From positions 62,001-126,000 of the forward strand of contig QPGO01000059.1 in assembly GCA_008632985.1 (NCBI GenBank): DNA of 64,000 nt, in the 5' to 3' direction. Shown one piece after another: positions 23,076-35,970 of the stretch (within the stretch, counting starts at the first letter, position 1; each line of letters opens with the position of its first letter). A program made the position numbers and the translations under genes. This DNA is from Psammoneis japonica (taxonomy: Eukaryota). The notes below the pieces were generated by a model, which saw nothing but the letters and a program-made list of their open reading frames with translations, had not been told where the DNA came from and made no database searches.

Positions 23076-26000
23076 ATGAAAGTATTCGCCGTTGCGCTTC
23101 TCGCAACTCTGGCTCATGCTCATGCTGAGACCAGACGCTTCAGGGGAACGAGAAACTTGAAACAGGTGAAGAGAGACAAGGAATGCCAAGGCAACAAATG
23201 TAAGTTTGACATTTCTGATATTTCAGATCTCACCGATGCCGAGGAAATCGAGATAGAGATTAGGGAGGGCGTCACAAGGACATTCAAGGCCTCAAGACCT
23301 GATAGCAGGAGGGACATTTTCCATGGAGAGGATGGTCTAGCGGCATGGATTTGCTGTTCGAGAGCTAGAAACCGAGGGACCGGGTCCAATGCCACCTTAG
23401 TATTTGGATCCATGTCTGATGAAGAGAAGATCTATCAGATTGCACCCGATGAGAATGGAGAAATCCAAGTCACTGAAACTACTGGTCAGATTACGGAGAT
23501 GAAATCGATCCAATCGAGCCTCCCCCAGAGGCTGAAATCCAAAACAGGAGGCTTGCGAACCACACAGAGTTGCGAAAACTCTCTCCGCTCTTCAAATCAC
23601 GACCCCGATTCGATGTCGATGAGAATGGTAAGCGTCGCAAGCTTTATGATGATAGGGGTGGAAACATTGATGTTATGGTTGTTTGGACTCGGGATGCAGG
23701 TACAGCCATCGTCTCTAAACTTGTAGTCATGTGCCCTTTCAAGCCACCAACCACCACAATCGATTCCGACCGAGTTGGAAGACCCAGCAAACTGTAAATC
23801 ACCCAACCACAAGCTGGGATGATTGGGCTGATTGAGCTAGCAATCGAAGAGACAAATGTGGCCTTCACCGAGTCATCAGTCAACACCCAGCTCAGGCTCG
23901 TCCATGCTTACAGACAGGCCTACGGAAGCCAACGTGAAAGGAAGGCAAACAACTACCGCCCTTGCTGAATCACTACGATGACATGGAAAATGGACGATGT
24001 CCATCGAAAACGCGACCAGTACGGCGCGGACATGGTTGTGGTTTTGGTTGCTGGNCGACAAGACGGCGGAATATGCGGAACTGCATGGTCACCACGGACA
24101 ATTTGCATTTCATCCACGAAATACAGTTGCGCGACTGGATATTCAGCTTTGGGCATGAGATAGGTGAGTGAATCCGTCTTTTTCGGTTCACGTCCCCTCC
24201 ACCAAAATGCTCTGAAACTAACTTGGTCCTTTTTGCCGTGCTTTGACTATTCAGGACACAACATGGTAAGTTAGAAACATTCACCAAAGAAATCGTCTTA
24301 GAATCTGTATGCTCACCATAAATGAACGATCTCTCAGGGGTGCTACCATGATCGAGGACGAAGCAATTCTTGCAACACCAATTTGGATGAATACCGATAC
24401 GGATATCGCGACCCGAACGCCAACTTTCGAACAATTCTTGGGTACTCGTGCAAAGCGGGAGAATGTGACAACAACAAGGGCGGAGGATGCCCACGCATCC
24501 AACGCTTTTCGACACCAGATAAAGAGGTAGGAAGACGCTCTTAGGACATTCGGTGTAGTCTGGAGTGATTAGTGCTCACTCTTTGTGTTCCTGTTTTCGG
24601 TCAGTTCAATTATGAGGAAACAAATGGGCACCGTTGGGAACCCGAACCAGCAACTGCGCTCGCCGTATCAACGACGTAGGGCCAATCGCCGGTTTCAGGA
24701 AAGTAGTAGACTGCGAAAGAGATTCCGACTGCAACGACAATGACGCGTGCACCGTGGATACATGCGACAGGTCAAGAGGTGAATGTGTGCATAGAGACAC
24801 TTGTGTTCCAAAACCGCCACCACCCCCGAGTAACCCCCCTCCGCCTCCTCCACCGCCTCCACTGTCAATAACGTTCCTACGCGACACCAGGCTCCTTTCA
24901 AGCTCTCTTTACGACCGATGCCGGAGGGAATGGACAAGCTGGTAAGATTATGTACAAATCCAATGGCTGCAAAATGGCGATCTAACACCATTCTTCATTT
25001 CGCTCCCTCTTCGCCTGTTCATCTCCTTCGTAGGAACTACTTTGACATTGAGGCGGAAAAAGACGTAGAGATTGTTGCTTTGACATTCATACGCGCCTCA
25101 AAACAAGGACAGAAGTTGAGATCTGGACAAGACCTGGGCGGTACGAGCTGTCAAACTCGGATGGACGTTGGGAGTTGTTGGAGAAGGTAACTGTGACTGG
25201 AAAAGGTGAAGGCCAGTTCACAGAGCTTCCATCTCTGAGGAATCCTGTCGGGGTGAAACGAGGCGAACGGCAAGCCTTTTATATCACTCTTCCGGTGAAA
25301 ACCGCTGAATTAAGATACACCGACGATGATGGAAGTGAGGGAGAGCTCTATACCTCTGATGGTGTTGTCAAAATGTACAAAGGAAGAGGTGTGGTCTACC
25401 CATTCGGCCAGTCCTTTGCTCCGCGCATTTTCAATGGCAACATCAAATACATAATATCTTCCGGAACAACGCCGTCAACCCCCCGCCCCCCTCCACCGAC
25501 ACCGCCACATCCTCCCCGTCCCACACCGCCGGGTCCGTCTACCGGAGCGGTGGAGAGTCTATATACGACCGATGTTGGTGGAACCGGACAAGCAGGTATG
25601 ACTCAGATGCTTCTTGTGATATTGACTTCTTGTATGTAAACCTTAACAGTCCTCTCTGTTTCGAATTTGATTTCATCAGGTAATTACTTCATTGTCGATA
25701 GCACAGAGGACGTGGAGATTGTCGGATTTGACATTCACACCCGACTCAAATCAAGCGTCGAAGTCGAAATCTGGAGCCGTGCGGGAGAATACACACTTGA
25801 CAAGCCGGGGTGGAAGTTGTTGGAGAAAGTAAAGGTGACTGGAAAAGGAGAAGGACCCTGACTGAACTCCCGGATTTGAAAACGCCCGTCCGCATCTCAA
25901 AAGGTCAAAAGCAGGCCTTTTACATCACGTTACCAGTCAAGACCGCCGAGCTCAGGTACACCTCTGATACTGCCGATAAGGAGGGAAGGTTGTACAAAAC

Positions 26001-26350
26001 GGATGGTGTTGTCAACTTTTACCGTGGCCGTGGAGTGGTCTATCCCTTTGGGCAGTCATTTGCAACTCGCATCTGGAATGGAAAATTCGCTACAAGAAGG
26101 TTTCGCGCAGTAGTGGCGGAGGAATCACTCCTGGATCCTGTGAGGATGACTTCAAATGGTACTTTTCTAACTCCAGGGTCAGAAACAAGCGTTGTGACTG
26201 GGTCGCCAGGAAGTCCAATCTGCGATGCAGGTTGAAGGGTGTGGATCGCCGACGTGCTTCTGAAGCGTGCCCCAGGACTTGCAACATGTGTTAGAAAGTT
26301 CAACCAAAGGGGGCTCCTTCAACGTGAAGGACAGCTTAAGCTCTTGAAGT
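23076..26350 (+). CDS. Secreted reprolysin-like (metzincin; peptidyl-Asp metalloendopeptidase-like) protease with a Cys repeat, Pro linkers and two C-terminal beta-domain repeats; multi-exon, frameshifted
   Basis: Signal peptide MKVFAVALLATLAHA; IDVMVVWT; RDQYGADMV; spliced FGHEIGHNMGCYHD; CNDNDACTVDTCD; duplicated QAFYITLPVKTAELRYT...GRGVVYPFGQSFA.RI.NG. The 3' end is approximate. Confidence 0.85.
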
Positions 26351-26477
26351 GAGCGATTGCGTTCGCCCAGAGACAAATAACTTCTGGGCTACGGTAGAAC
26401 CTCAGAACCTCAAGTAGTGTTTTGTTACAGTAGTAGCTTTCGTTTTTGAAGATGGGTGCATCATCCACACACTCCAG

Positions 26478-26953
26478 TCAGTACGGATATTTACCACATT
26501 TTGCACAGTTTCCACGGTATAGTTGCAGCCCAACCCCGCAATTCCGGCATATTTCGGGCTCTTTGCTATTGAGCAAAACCTTCTCGCCAGCCTTCACTTT
26601 GGAAGAAACGTTGTTCAGTCTTTCTTGGTCAAGCCCGCCAATTTCGCGCAGCAACTCTTCCGCTGCAGCAAGAGCTGTGGATTCATCCTTCATGACCTTC
26701 AAGGTTTGTCTTCGAGTATTGAGTCCAAGAGGCTTGACCACCGTCCCTGAACAGCAACCACCGAGACAATGTTCCTCCTTGATGGTCGTATCGGGATCCG
26801 CCAAGATCTGCAGTGCATCCAACAGCATTGTGCTTCCGTTGGAGCAACACGGACTGGATGTGCATACTCTACAACCCTTGCGGTGCCATGCCATGGCTGA
26901 AAACGACTGCGCCAAGCAGGAGAAGCAACCGACACGGGCTTGTAACCGTCATG
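26478..26953 (-). CDS. Thioredoxin-like [2Fe-2S] ferredoxin-type domain plus C-terminal zinc-ribbon protein
   Basis: CRVCTSSPCCSNGS...CLGGC and CRNCG...CAKCGKYPY. Confidence 0.6.
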
Positions 26954-27333
26954 GTTCAGTGGTTTTTTGTGACGAATGAGGTGCAACATTGTCTGTAAAA
27001 AAGAGTGTTGTGAAGTTCCCGTCTGAGCTTTCTCGAAAACAGACAGAATATTATGGGTCTTACTACTTCTACTCGCTCCGTTGCAGTGTGTCTCACATTC
27101 ACTCTCTTGTCTCTCGTCTACTAGAAGTAGATTGGCATGGAGAAAGCAACTCTTTTCAAGGTGAGAGAAGAACGAGAGGTGACGACAGCTCATACGGTAC
27201 CGGTTGTTCAAGAGTACACTCCCCAAATGCGCCAGTTTGGATCCTCTAGCTGGAGGCTAGCACCAGTGTAGATATACATGTTTATCATATGTTATAGAGG
27301 CATCCACACTATTTACAGGAGAAGAAGAATCTT

Positions 27334-28107
27334 TCAAGGTTGTTTGGGTTTCCCATTTTGAGTAAGCTGTGTAGTGAGAATGCTGCTCCCCAACGAATCC
27401 AGCGAAATGTTCTTTTCTTCTGCCAAGAACGGCCTCGTAGTGTTATCTAGAAAGAGATCCACAGTTTTATCAATGGGATGAATGATGAATGGGATCGAGC
27501 CCAATCCCATGGCCGTGGGAAGCCACTTTGCCGCCATGACTGGCAGGGACGCTCGTGCCACTGCAAGGCGAGATGCTCGTACAATCATGTTGATGGTTGC
27601 TCCGGGAATCATAACACTTGCCAAGCCTAAAAGGAAAGAAACACACAATATGCTTTGTGATATAACCGTGGAAAGTATAGAAAACACTACTCTCAGATAC
27701 TCGTACAGAATTACTTACTCTGCCACAGCAAGGTATCAAAGGTGGCTATTGCGGTCTTCATTTCTCGATTGTCAGCCGACGAGTTCGACTGCCAAGTTTC
27801 ATATCCAGTGTTTGCTGCATCCATTGAACAATATCCAAAAGAGACAATATACGAGGGAACTACAAACTTTGGAAACTACACAAGAAAAAAATTAGTCGGA
27901 GTGAGAGATGAAAGAAGGAAGAGCTTTTTCTTCTTGTTTGTCGGAGCCATCTGAGCTTAAGTGGGAGAACGAAACTCACCTGATATCGAAAGGATTCTCC
28001 GACTTCGTTCGCATACCCCAAATACCGTACCAAGGAGTCTCGAAAGATATTGTAAGAAGCTTCATTCTCAGACGCTTTGCATTGTCGCTGTTGGTCTGAT
28101 TCGACAT
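27334..28107 (-). CDS. MTFP1: Mitochondrial fission process protein 1 (MTP18 family), multi-exon
   Basis: IFRDSLVRYLGYANEVGESFRYQ; DTLLWQ; LASVMIPGATIN; GLGSIPFIIHPIDKTVD. Confidence 0.85.
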
Positions 28108-28640
28108 GTTCGTTTGTGGGGGAAAGTACGTCAGTTTCTCACTTTTGACTCTTCAGTAATTTTCGTGCTTATTTGGTACTGCAAAGTAACAACCCGTTCT
28201 AAAGAGTTCAACTTTTCCTCAAGTTTATGGAGGGGACAACAACTAACACAAGTCGCCGACGCAACACAACACAACGCAGACTTATTCGACAGCAGCAACA
28301 ACTAGTCTAACAGCGGCACTCGCAAATGCCGGATGCCGGTAGTAAAAGCAAAGCAACATCGTCAGCAGGACAGCTGGGCGGCGCGCAGTCGGACAGACTT
28401 CGATTGATGACATCATGCGTATGTGCGAACGCAAGGCCGTACGTACGTAGAATTTGTAGGGCATTTCACGAGAGCGATTTCGACTGGCCGATGCTCACAT
28501 TTTGCCGATTCTCCGCATACATTGTGTGAAAGGCTATTCTTTGTTCGATCGACTTCGACAAATATAATACAAATTGTTAGAGACTAATCCCCTGATGCCA
28601 TAAAATTCTATAACCTCTCCAAAAAAGACAGTGAAGTAGT

Positions 28641-29432
28641 ATGAGGACGTTTAGAAACAATATCCTCCTGGCCATGGCAATCCTGGCTACCGCGACTGCC
28701 TTTATACCGCACAACTCGATGCATTTCCATCACCAGATTCAATCGAGCTCGATGGCATCCACTCCTTTATACTTGAGCGCGACAGACCATAAAAAGGTAG
28801 CGGTGTCTGAGAACTCACTTGAGGACAGCTCAAAATATCAACAACAACTTGAGAAAGACGATTTCAAAACAAATGGTCGTTTTGCTGTCGTTGAAGAGTT
28901 TGTTGACAAGTTTCTGTCTGCCGGTGGCGGCGAAGTTGGTAATCGAGGAGAACTTTATTTCTTCATACAATCGGTTTGATACTCTCCATAGTAGCGGGGC
29001 GTGTTCCTTTTCTCGGCAACCTCCGTTTGCTCGCGGGTCCTGGTCTGCTTTTGGGTGGCACCGTTGTGCTTGTCATGACGGCCATGGACATGGGAGAATC
29101 CATCACGCCATGGCCAAAACCCAATGGACAAGGCTTGGTACAGGATGGATTATATGGACAAGTCCGCCACCCCATGTATTCAGGTCTTTTGGCCGTCATG
29201 TTTGGGTTTTCGATTGCCACTGGATCCGTCGATCGGTTGTTGCTGACCGCGGTGTTGTGGTTTGCAATCGACATTAAGTCCAATTGAGGAAGAAGAACTG
29301 ACCAAGGCCTATCCCAACTACCCAGAGTATCAAAAGAAAGTGACAAGCAAGTTTATACCAAAAGTATTACTTGACTTAACAAAGGGCAGGCCGGAAGCAG
29401 AAAAAGCTAAACCTCACCAAGACTCTTCATAA
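28641..29432 (+). CDS. ICMT/PEMT-family membrane methyltransferase with bipartite plastid-type presequence; frameshifted
   Basis: Signal peptide ending ATAF; GNRGELYF; LVQDGLYGQVRHPMYSG; EEEL..AYPNYPEYQKKV. Confidence 0.8.
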
Positions 29433-29576
29433 GCAAAGCTAGACAATTTGATCACAACCTCATGTACTGCATAACGACACCTGAAAGTTCAACATGAATG
29501 CATATGCGTTTTTCTTCTATATTGAAACGCCGTTCGCTTTGCCCTTAACACATTGCCTCTTGAAACGCGTTCCATG

Positions 29577-30453
29577 TCAGCCCTCTTCTCCGTCTGCCAG
29601 TTCCTTGATGCGTTTGCCCATGCTATGCTTTGTCAATACATTTTTGTTTTGCCAATTCAGTAAATCGAAAAGAGCCTCTGCCGCGGTTGTATCCTCAATC
29701 TTGGCTGCCGATGCCGACACGTAGGGTCCGCCCAGCGGCGGCGCAAATTTGGAATCCACCAATCGCGATACGAAATCTTCCTTGCTGACGGCTGTGTAGA
29801 TTTTTTTTATGGATCGATGATACGAGAATCAGTCATAAAATCACAAAACACAAAGTAATACAATTGCACGAATCAATGATATCCATACCTGGTCCATCGG
29901 TAAAGAGATCAATGCTCCACTTGGACGTGTGCTCCTTTCCACTCGACTCAAACGACCGTTCGTCGTAGCAGGGAATCCATTTGGGACGACTGGCACTTTG
30001 ATCCGCCATACGATAACCACCACCGGGTAATCTATATTCACAATCTAAACATCAAGTGATAAATACCACACGACGAGTGAGTTTGTAACAGCCTTTTCGG
30101 TCCGACAATTTCGCATCCCGATCATCATTTTCTGTATTGCGTGCTTACCTGAGCATCCGGAGTAACAACACATGCCTCCACTGGCATCGAGCATAATGTA
30201 CTTTTCCGCTAACCGTCCAAAGAGTTTCACGGCTTCTTTCGGATCCACTTTTATGCTGTCTCTGTCTCTGTTGTCGCGGTCTCGGATGAGAATCGTTGCG
30301 TAAATGTCGGTCTTGGATTGGCTGATGGTGCAAATGCTGCAGCATGACCCAACAGCAGACAAACACAAGAATATTCTTCATCATGTTTCAAGTACAATCA
30401 ATCGAATAAACTGCTTCATCGACAACTTTTTGAATGGACAACGCCAACATCAT
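29577..30453 (-). CDS. Conserved algal hypothetical protein, multi-exon
   Basis: VDPKEAVKLFGRLAEKYIMLDASGGMCCYSGCS, followed by GT-AG introns and FAPPLGGPYVSASAA. Confidence 0.6.
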
Positions 30454-30659
30454 GATCGTGGCTGTTGCCAAGTTCTCTTTGCCAGCACAGAAAACAGAAA
30501 ACTCCCTCCGACGTGACCACGCACGCAATAACGCCAACAAGACGTTTGAAGAGCACGGAGCTCGCACAATGGGAAGATCGCGCGATCGCTCGCGCGACCC
30601 TCCATCACACAGCGCACACAGACAACGCAGAAATCATCAGAACTAACGACACAGCCACC

Positions 30660-31450
30660 ATGATGAATTCTTTTGCTCGACGGCTGTTGGTAAACAGCGG
30701 TTAGACGTTCGTTTGCTTCCAGCAACGATTGGCACGGGACGACAATTGTCAGTGTCCGCAAGAATGGTCAGGTCTGTGTCATGGGCGACGGTATGGTGTC
30801 CATGGGGAACATGACGGTCAAGCCAAACGCGAAAAAGATTCGTCGTATTTTACTCAAAGGCGAGGACGACCCCAACAAGGGAACTCTTGTGGGCTTTGCA
30901 GGTTCGACCGCAGATGCCTTTACACTTTTGGAACGTCTCGAGGGCAAGCTAGACGAGTACCCGGGTCAGCTAGCGAGATCCTGTGTGGAGCTGGCAAAGG
31001 GGTGGAGGACGGACAAGTACTTGCGGAGATTGGAAGCGTCGCTTATTGTAGCGGATGAATCTGTTTCTTTGGAACTTACGGGAAACGGTGATGTGTTGGA
31101 GAGTCATGATGGAATTCTGGGAGTCGGAAGTGGATCTGCTTTTGCAATTGGTAAGTTTAGAAGCTTTCTTTCAGAGTCTGAAATCATAGTTTTTATGGAC
31201 TTATTCGTTGTTTGCTGTTGTTCTTTTCACCTATTATCTAGCTGCGGCAAGAGCACTCATTGATATACCCGAGTTGAGTGCGGAAGAAGTAGCCAGAAAG
31301 TCAATGGAAATCGCCGCAGACATGTGCGTTTACACCAACAAAGAATTCCTGGTGGAGGTGATCGAAACCAAACAAAAAGACGAGAAAAGGAGGAAGAAGA
31401 GAAAGATGAAAAGTAGAAGTTTTGAGATTTTAAAAGACAACCAAGATTAA
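30660..31450 (+). CDS. hslV: ATP-dependent protease subunit HslV (ClpQ), organellar
   Basis: Presequence then [41 protein letters not shown]; intron at about 31151-31241; [10 protein letters not shown]. Confidence 0.93.
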
Positions 31451-31533
31451 CTGTGTTTCCCTTTTCCTTTTGATCTGTTTACGGATAGATGCACCTGTTG
31501 GTCAACCGCTAGATACAACCATGTATGAAAACT

Positions 31534-32631
31534 CTAGGCTGCATCGTCCACCATCAGATTGTCCCGGATGTCGTCATAGTACTCCTTTAGAATGGCAACC
31601 AGCTCTTTATTCTCCTTGTATTCCTCAAGGAGATTGGATAGTTCCTGAAGCAAAATATCCTGTTGCTCCTTTGTGTAGCTTGGGACGTAGCCTGTGAATT
31701 TGTACTTGTACTTGCGATAAGTCTCTAGAGTCTCCCTCCCAATGCTCTTGTACCAGATACATGGAATATCTTCTGGAGACAGCGTTGGGAAGCCTTGGCT
31801 GTTTAAAACATTGGACAGTCGTAATGCCGTGTCAGGTCCCTTTTCAGCGTCCAACAGATGCTCTACAACCACGTACATTCCTACTTTATAGCCATCCGCG
31901 CTCGTCCACACCTTGAGAAATTGTTTCCATTCATCCACCATGTGCGTGAACCATTCATCTCGTACAGATCTCCATTCTTCAATTGGTGTTTGGCCCTCCT
32001 TGTGTTGATAACGTATCCGCTTGCCGTTGTTGTGAGCGGGAAACGCAAATCTCGGATTCCGAAGCACCAGCAGAATCTGTTGGGAAAAGGCGTTACTCTG
32101 TGCTTCTGGACCACCCGCCATGTCTACAATGGGATGAACCACAGAACAAGTCGCGGTTTCAGTTGTACCATGGCATCGTCGTATATTTTTGCTGGAGGCA
32201 TAGTAACTCTTGGCTCCCGCCGACATGCCCGTCATTTGGTGGATAAGATTGCGAGCAATGTCATCGTCGAGTGAATCGGGATATTGTGGGAGCCACATTG
32301 GTTTGGTGGTCCAGTCAGAACGTTCACGAGGAGGATCACTAGAGATGGTGCAATTTTCAAACCGAGCCAAGTCTTTCGACGGAACATTATTCGATTTCAA
32401 TACGTTGTTGGATCTTTCCAACTCGTCGAAATCGGTATGTTTCTTGGAAAACAAAACAAAAAAGAAAAGCAAGGCTAACACCACTGCAATAATTTTGACT
32501 GAAACGATGCATGAAAAGATTTCATTGCGTTGGAAGAGCTGCTTCATGGTACCATCACGATGGGCAATCAAGTCATTGTCACGTTGTAGCGAAAGATTCT
32601 GATTTTCTTCTGTGCGTCGTCTGAGCGTCAT
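31534..32631 (-). CDS. Type II membrane sulfotransferase-like (P-loop fold) protein
   Basis: N-terminal TM segment; PMWLPQYPDS; ILLVLRNP motif; intact 365-aa ORF. Confidence 0.6.
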   Translation of the reverse strand: MTLRRRTEENQNLSLQRDNDLIAHRDGTMKQLFQRNEIFSCIVSVKIIAVVLALLFFFVLFSKKHTDFDELERSNNVLKSNNVPSKDLARFENCTISSDPPRERSDWTTKPMWLPQYPDSLDDDIARNLIHQMTGMSAGAKSYYASSKNIRRCHGTTETATCSVVHPIVDMAGGPEAQSNAFSQQILLVLRNPRFAFPAHNNGKRIRYQHKEGQTPIEEWRSVRDEWFTHMVDEWKQFLKVWTSADGYKVGMYVVVEHLLDAEKGPDTALRLSNVLNSQGFPTLSPEDIPCIWYKSIGRETLETYRKYKYKFTGYVPSYTKEQQDILLQELSNLLEEYKENKELVAILKEYYDDIRDNLMVDDAA

Positions 32632-32842
32632 TTGCGAGCCTGAATCTTTGTACTTTGAATTTGTTTTTACTGACGACTACATACCAAGTAAGCTATATAT
32701 AATAACTGTGGGGTTCTTTGTCGTTTATGGCATAAATGCTGTGCTCTGCTGATGGCGAAAAAAGCCAAAGTTTGGCTTTTGGCATCATGGTCAATCTCGT
32801 TGAGAAAATCTTAGTCGCCCAGATGGGCGATTTTAGTCATTA

Positions 32843-32856
32843 TGACGTCATGACGT
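32843..32856. promoter_or_regulatory. Tandem TGACGTCA-TGACGT (bZIP-type) sites in a divergent promoter
   Basis: tgacgtcatgacgt between two divergent genes; function is inferred. Confidence 0.4.
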
Positions 32857-33081
32857 CTATATCTTCTGGTCGCGGATGCGGTCGCGGATCTTCAATCTTG
32901 TCAAAATTGAGAAATGTTTGGTGGGGGTGAGCTCAATCCGAACGCAGTGCTGGTGCCTGCTATCACATTAGCTGTGCTGCATTCGTTTCGTCGCATTACA
33001 TACACAAACACTACGATTATTAAGAAGAAGAAAATAGAAAGAACGATTCTCGATTTGATTGACTACTTCTAGCACTTGACA

Positions 33082-35970
33082 ATGTTGGGCTTCGTTATTC
33101 TTGTTAGCTTGGTGCTCGCCAGCACAAACGGGTTTGAAACGGATTGTGGTATGGATGGTGCAGAACCTTGTATGGTTTATATATACGACGACTTGAAGAA
33201 TATTGAGAAGAACGGACTTGACAGAAACTACGCGCTGATGAATGACATTCAGGCTCCAACCGAACCGCCCGATAATTTTGTTCCAATTGGAAGGAGTGGA
33301 ATCAGCGGCGGTGCTCCTTCAAAGCCATTCCGAGGTACCTTTGACGGAAACGGATTCTCAATAAATAACTTATACATGGACGACGCAAGCAATAAAGAGG
33401 GACAAGCATTGTTTGCTGAACTCGATCGTACGGCTACAATTGATAACCTCATTTTGAGAAACCCAACATCGATTGGCGGAGGTGCTGTTGGTGCACTTGC
33501 TGGAAGAATGATACACGGGTCAAAGATACGAAACGTTCTCGTATACAATGCAAGCATGACAGGAGTGCGCGTCGGTGCTCTTGCTGGGTTTGGAGCTGGC
33601 GATGTTTCGTGCTGTCATGCTTACGGTGGTACTGTGACCGACATTTATGGTGGATCAGGAAGTGCCGGTGGCCTTGTCGGATCCATAAATGGCTTTATCC
33701 CGACTCTATTCGATGGTGGACGCATCGAGGGCTGCAGTGCCGAGCAGGTGAATGTCAAAGCAACTGGAAAAGATAAAAGCTGCGGCGGTTTGGTTGGCGG
33801 TCTCAGCAGTTCAGTTATTGAAAATAGCTTTGCGACGGGTAACGTATCGGTCTGTGAGAATGCTGGTTGCTTGGTTGGCGTAGCGGGACGCTTTTCAAAT
33901 ATCACAGATAGCTATGCTATTTGTCACCAGAAGCGAATAAGAAAATTTTCAGGCGGACTTGTTGGAAAAGCCAGCGGAGAAGTGGTAAAGAACAATTTTG
34001 CGGTACTCAACATTTTTGGCGCAACCGCGAATGTCGTGAATTGCTTGGTCAACGCCGGTTCGGGTGTTCAAGGCAACTACTGCTTTCTGAAACGCCCAGG
34101 CATAGGGAATGACCCTGATCCTGGTCAAGTCAAGCTTGTGGAGAGTCCCAGTCACTTTCTCGATCCCGAAAATGAACCAATGATTCATTGGAATGCTCCA
34201 TGGACGTTCGACGCAAACACGTATCCATCGCTCAAGTGCACTCCAGGACTAGATGCAGGTGGGCCGTACGATGGGACTATAGACAAGCCTATCCGTCTCG
34301 ATGGAGCTACCGCCCCTGATGGCGCAGAATACGTTTGGACCGTCGATAGCAGCAGGTGTTCTTTCCAAGACCCAAACGTTCTCTCACCGATCATAAGCTG
34401 CAATGGAAACATCAAGCTCACCACTGACGTTTGTCTTACTGCCACTAGTAGAAATGGAGATACCAGTCAAGACTGTACGGCAGTGCACTTTGAATCAAGC
34501 TGTGGAGAAGAACGGAACGATCCCTGTGAGATTTTGTCATATGAAGACCTCAAGATTGTCAACAGCGTTGGCGACCACCGGCATTATGTCCTTATGAACG
34601 ACGTAGAGGCCCCTATGGATGATTACTTTCTGCCTTTTAGGCTTGATACGGGATCATTCAATGGCAATGGTCACGCCATTAGTAACCTACAAATATCCGG
34701 GAAAGGGCGTCAAGCTTTGATCGAATATGCCGGAGATGGCGTTGAAATCAGCAATCTAGTCCTCAGAGCTCCAAAGGTGTCTGGATCAACTACTGCAGCT
34801 TCTCTTGTTGGAGCCGCATTTCGTGGGGTGAGCATCTATAATGTCACTGTTGAGGATCCGAATATTTCAGGATCTCAAGTTGGAGGACTTGTTGGTTCTT
34901 GCGATGGCGGAGTCGTAGGTGACATGTATTTGAACATTTCGTGCTGTCACGTCCGTGGAGGGGTAGTGAATACTGAGAGCTCTATGGTTGGTGGCATGGT
35001 TGGATTTGCCGCGGAATATGTTCAAATCCAAGAAAGCAGTGTAGAGGACACGAGAATTGTTGGGTATGATGGCAACCCTTTTACTTCAAATTGCGGTGGC
35101 TTTGTTGTCACGGTGCTGGAGGCAGCACATATCGAAAACAGCCTTACTACGAGTGATATCTCGAACTGTCCCAATGGCGGTGGTTTAGTTGGATATACTG
35201 AAACATACTTGAATGTATCAAACTGTCACGCTTTGGGCGAGGTGAAAGTATTGGGAGGGGCTGGCGGCGGACTAGTTGGCATTCACTCAGGTCGAAACAA
35301 CCAGTATATCGAGAATAGCTTTTCAACAGGCGTTGTAAGCGGTGGTGCAGAGAATGAAATGGGTTGCTTAATTGGAAAACAATTTGATGAAGGTCGAGAT
35401 GGTGAAAGTCGTCCTGAACTCAGGAATAACTATTGCTTGACGGCTCCAGCAGTTGGCTCCTACGACACGCAAGACAATGAAGCAAGAATTGTCACGAGTG
35501 TCAGCCACTTTAAGAACAAGCTGAATCAGCCAATGAAGTCATGGGATCAAAGCGTTTGGGACTTTGGCGCAAACACGTTTCCAAGTGTTGCTTGCAAGTC
35601 GGGTGGGTCCGACCAATGCAGTGTGCCGACCTGTGAGAATTCCACTTTTCTCAAACAAAGGAGGAGCAAGATCCAGAGGGACCTAAACTCGATCAAGTCT
35701 CAGTTGCGACGAATACCGACATTGAAAAAGCCATGGAATGTAGTCAAGAAGGTTAGAAAGGCAAAGTATATGTTGCTAAAGCAACGGCCACTGACGTTGA
35801 TGCGCATTGTCAGTTCTAGAAACCAGTTGAACGCTCTCTCAAGTCAGATCGGCGACAAGGTAAAATGGAGACAAATGTCAGCGGAGGAGCAAGACGCTAT
35901 CGAAATCAAGATAAAGAGCATTTTGAACAAGTTGGACCAGCTTGTGGCGGAGTGCTGTGATATACAATAG
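33082..35970 (+). CDS. Secreted GLUG-motif beta-helix repeat protein (two repeats separated by a PKD-like domain), intronless
   Basis: Signal peptide; two F.G.F[DN]GNG..I.NL domains each followed by GGLVG repeats; DAGGPYDG linker; basic helical C-terminus. Confidence 0.8.
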   Translation: MLGFVILVSLVLASTNGFETDCGMDGAEPCMVYIYDDLKNIEKNGLDRNYALMNDIQAPTEPPDNFVPIGRSGISGGAPSKPFRGTFDGNGFSINNLYMDDASNKEGQALFAELDRTATIDNLILRNPTSIGGGAVGALAGRMIHGSKIRNVLVYNASMTGVRVGALAGFGAGDVSCCHAYGGTVTDIYGGSGSAGGLVGSINGFIPTLFDGGRIEGCSAEQVNVKATGKDKSCGGLVGGLSSSVIENSFATGNVSVCENAGCLVGVAGRFSNITDSYAICHQKRIRKFSGGLVGKASGEVVKNNFAVLNIFGATANVVNCLVNAGSGVQGNYCFLKRPGIGNDPDPGQVKLVESPSHFLDPENEPMIHWNAPWTFDANTYPSLKCTPGLDAGGPYDGTIDKPIRLDGATAPDGAEYVWTVDSSRCSFQDPNVLSPIISCNGNIKLTTDVCLTATSRNGDTSQDCTAVHFESSCGEERNDPCEILSYEDLKIVNSVGDHRHYVLMNDVEAPMDDYFLPFRLDTGSFNGNGHAISNLQISGKGRQALIEYAGDGVEISNLVLRAPKVSGSTTAASLVGAAFRGVSIYNVTVEDPNISGSQVGGLVGSCDGGVVGDMYLNISCCHVRGGVVNTESSMVGGMVGFAAEYVQIQESSVEDTRIVGYDGNPFTSNCGGFVVTVLEAAHIENSLTTSDISNCPNGGGLVGYTETYLNVSNCHALGEVKVLGGAGGGLVGIHSGRNNQYIENSFSTGVVSGGAENEMGCLIGKQFDEGRDGESRPELRNNYCLTAPAVGSYDTQDNEARIVTSVSHFKNKLNQPMKSWDQSVWDFGANTFPSVACKSGGSDQCSVPTCENSTFLKQRRSKIQRDLNSIKSQLRRIPTLKKPWNVVKKVRKAKYMLLKQRPLTLMRIVSSRNQLNALSSQIGDKVKWRQMSAEEQDAIEIKIKSILNKLDQLVAECCDIQ

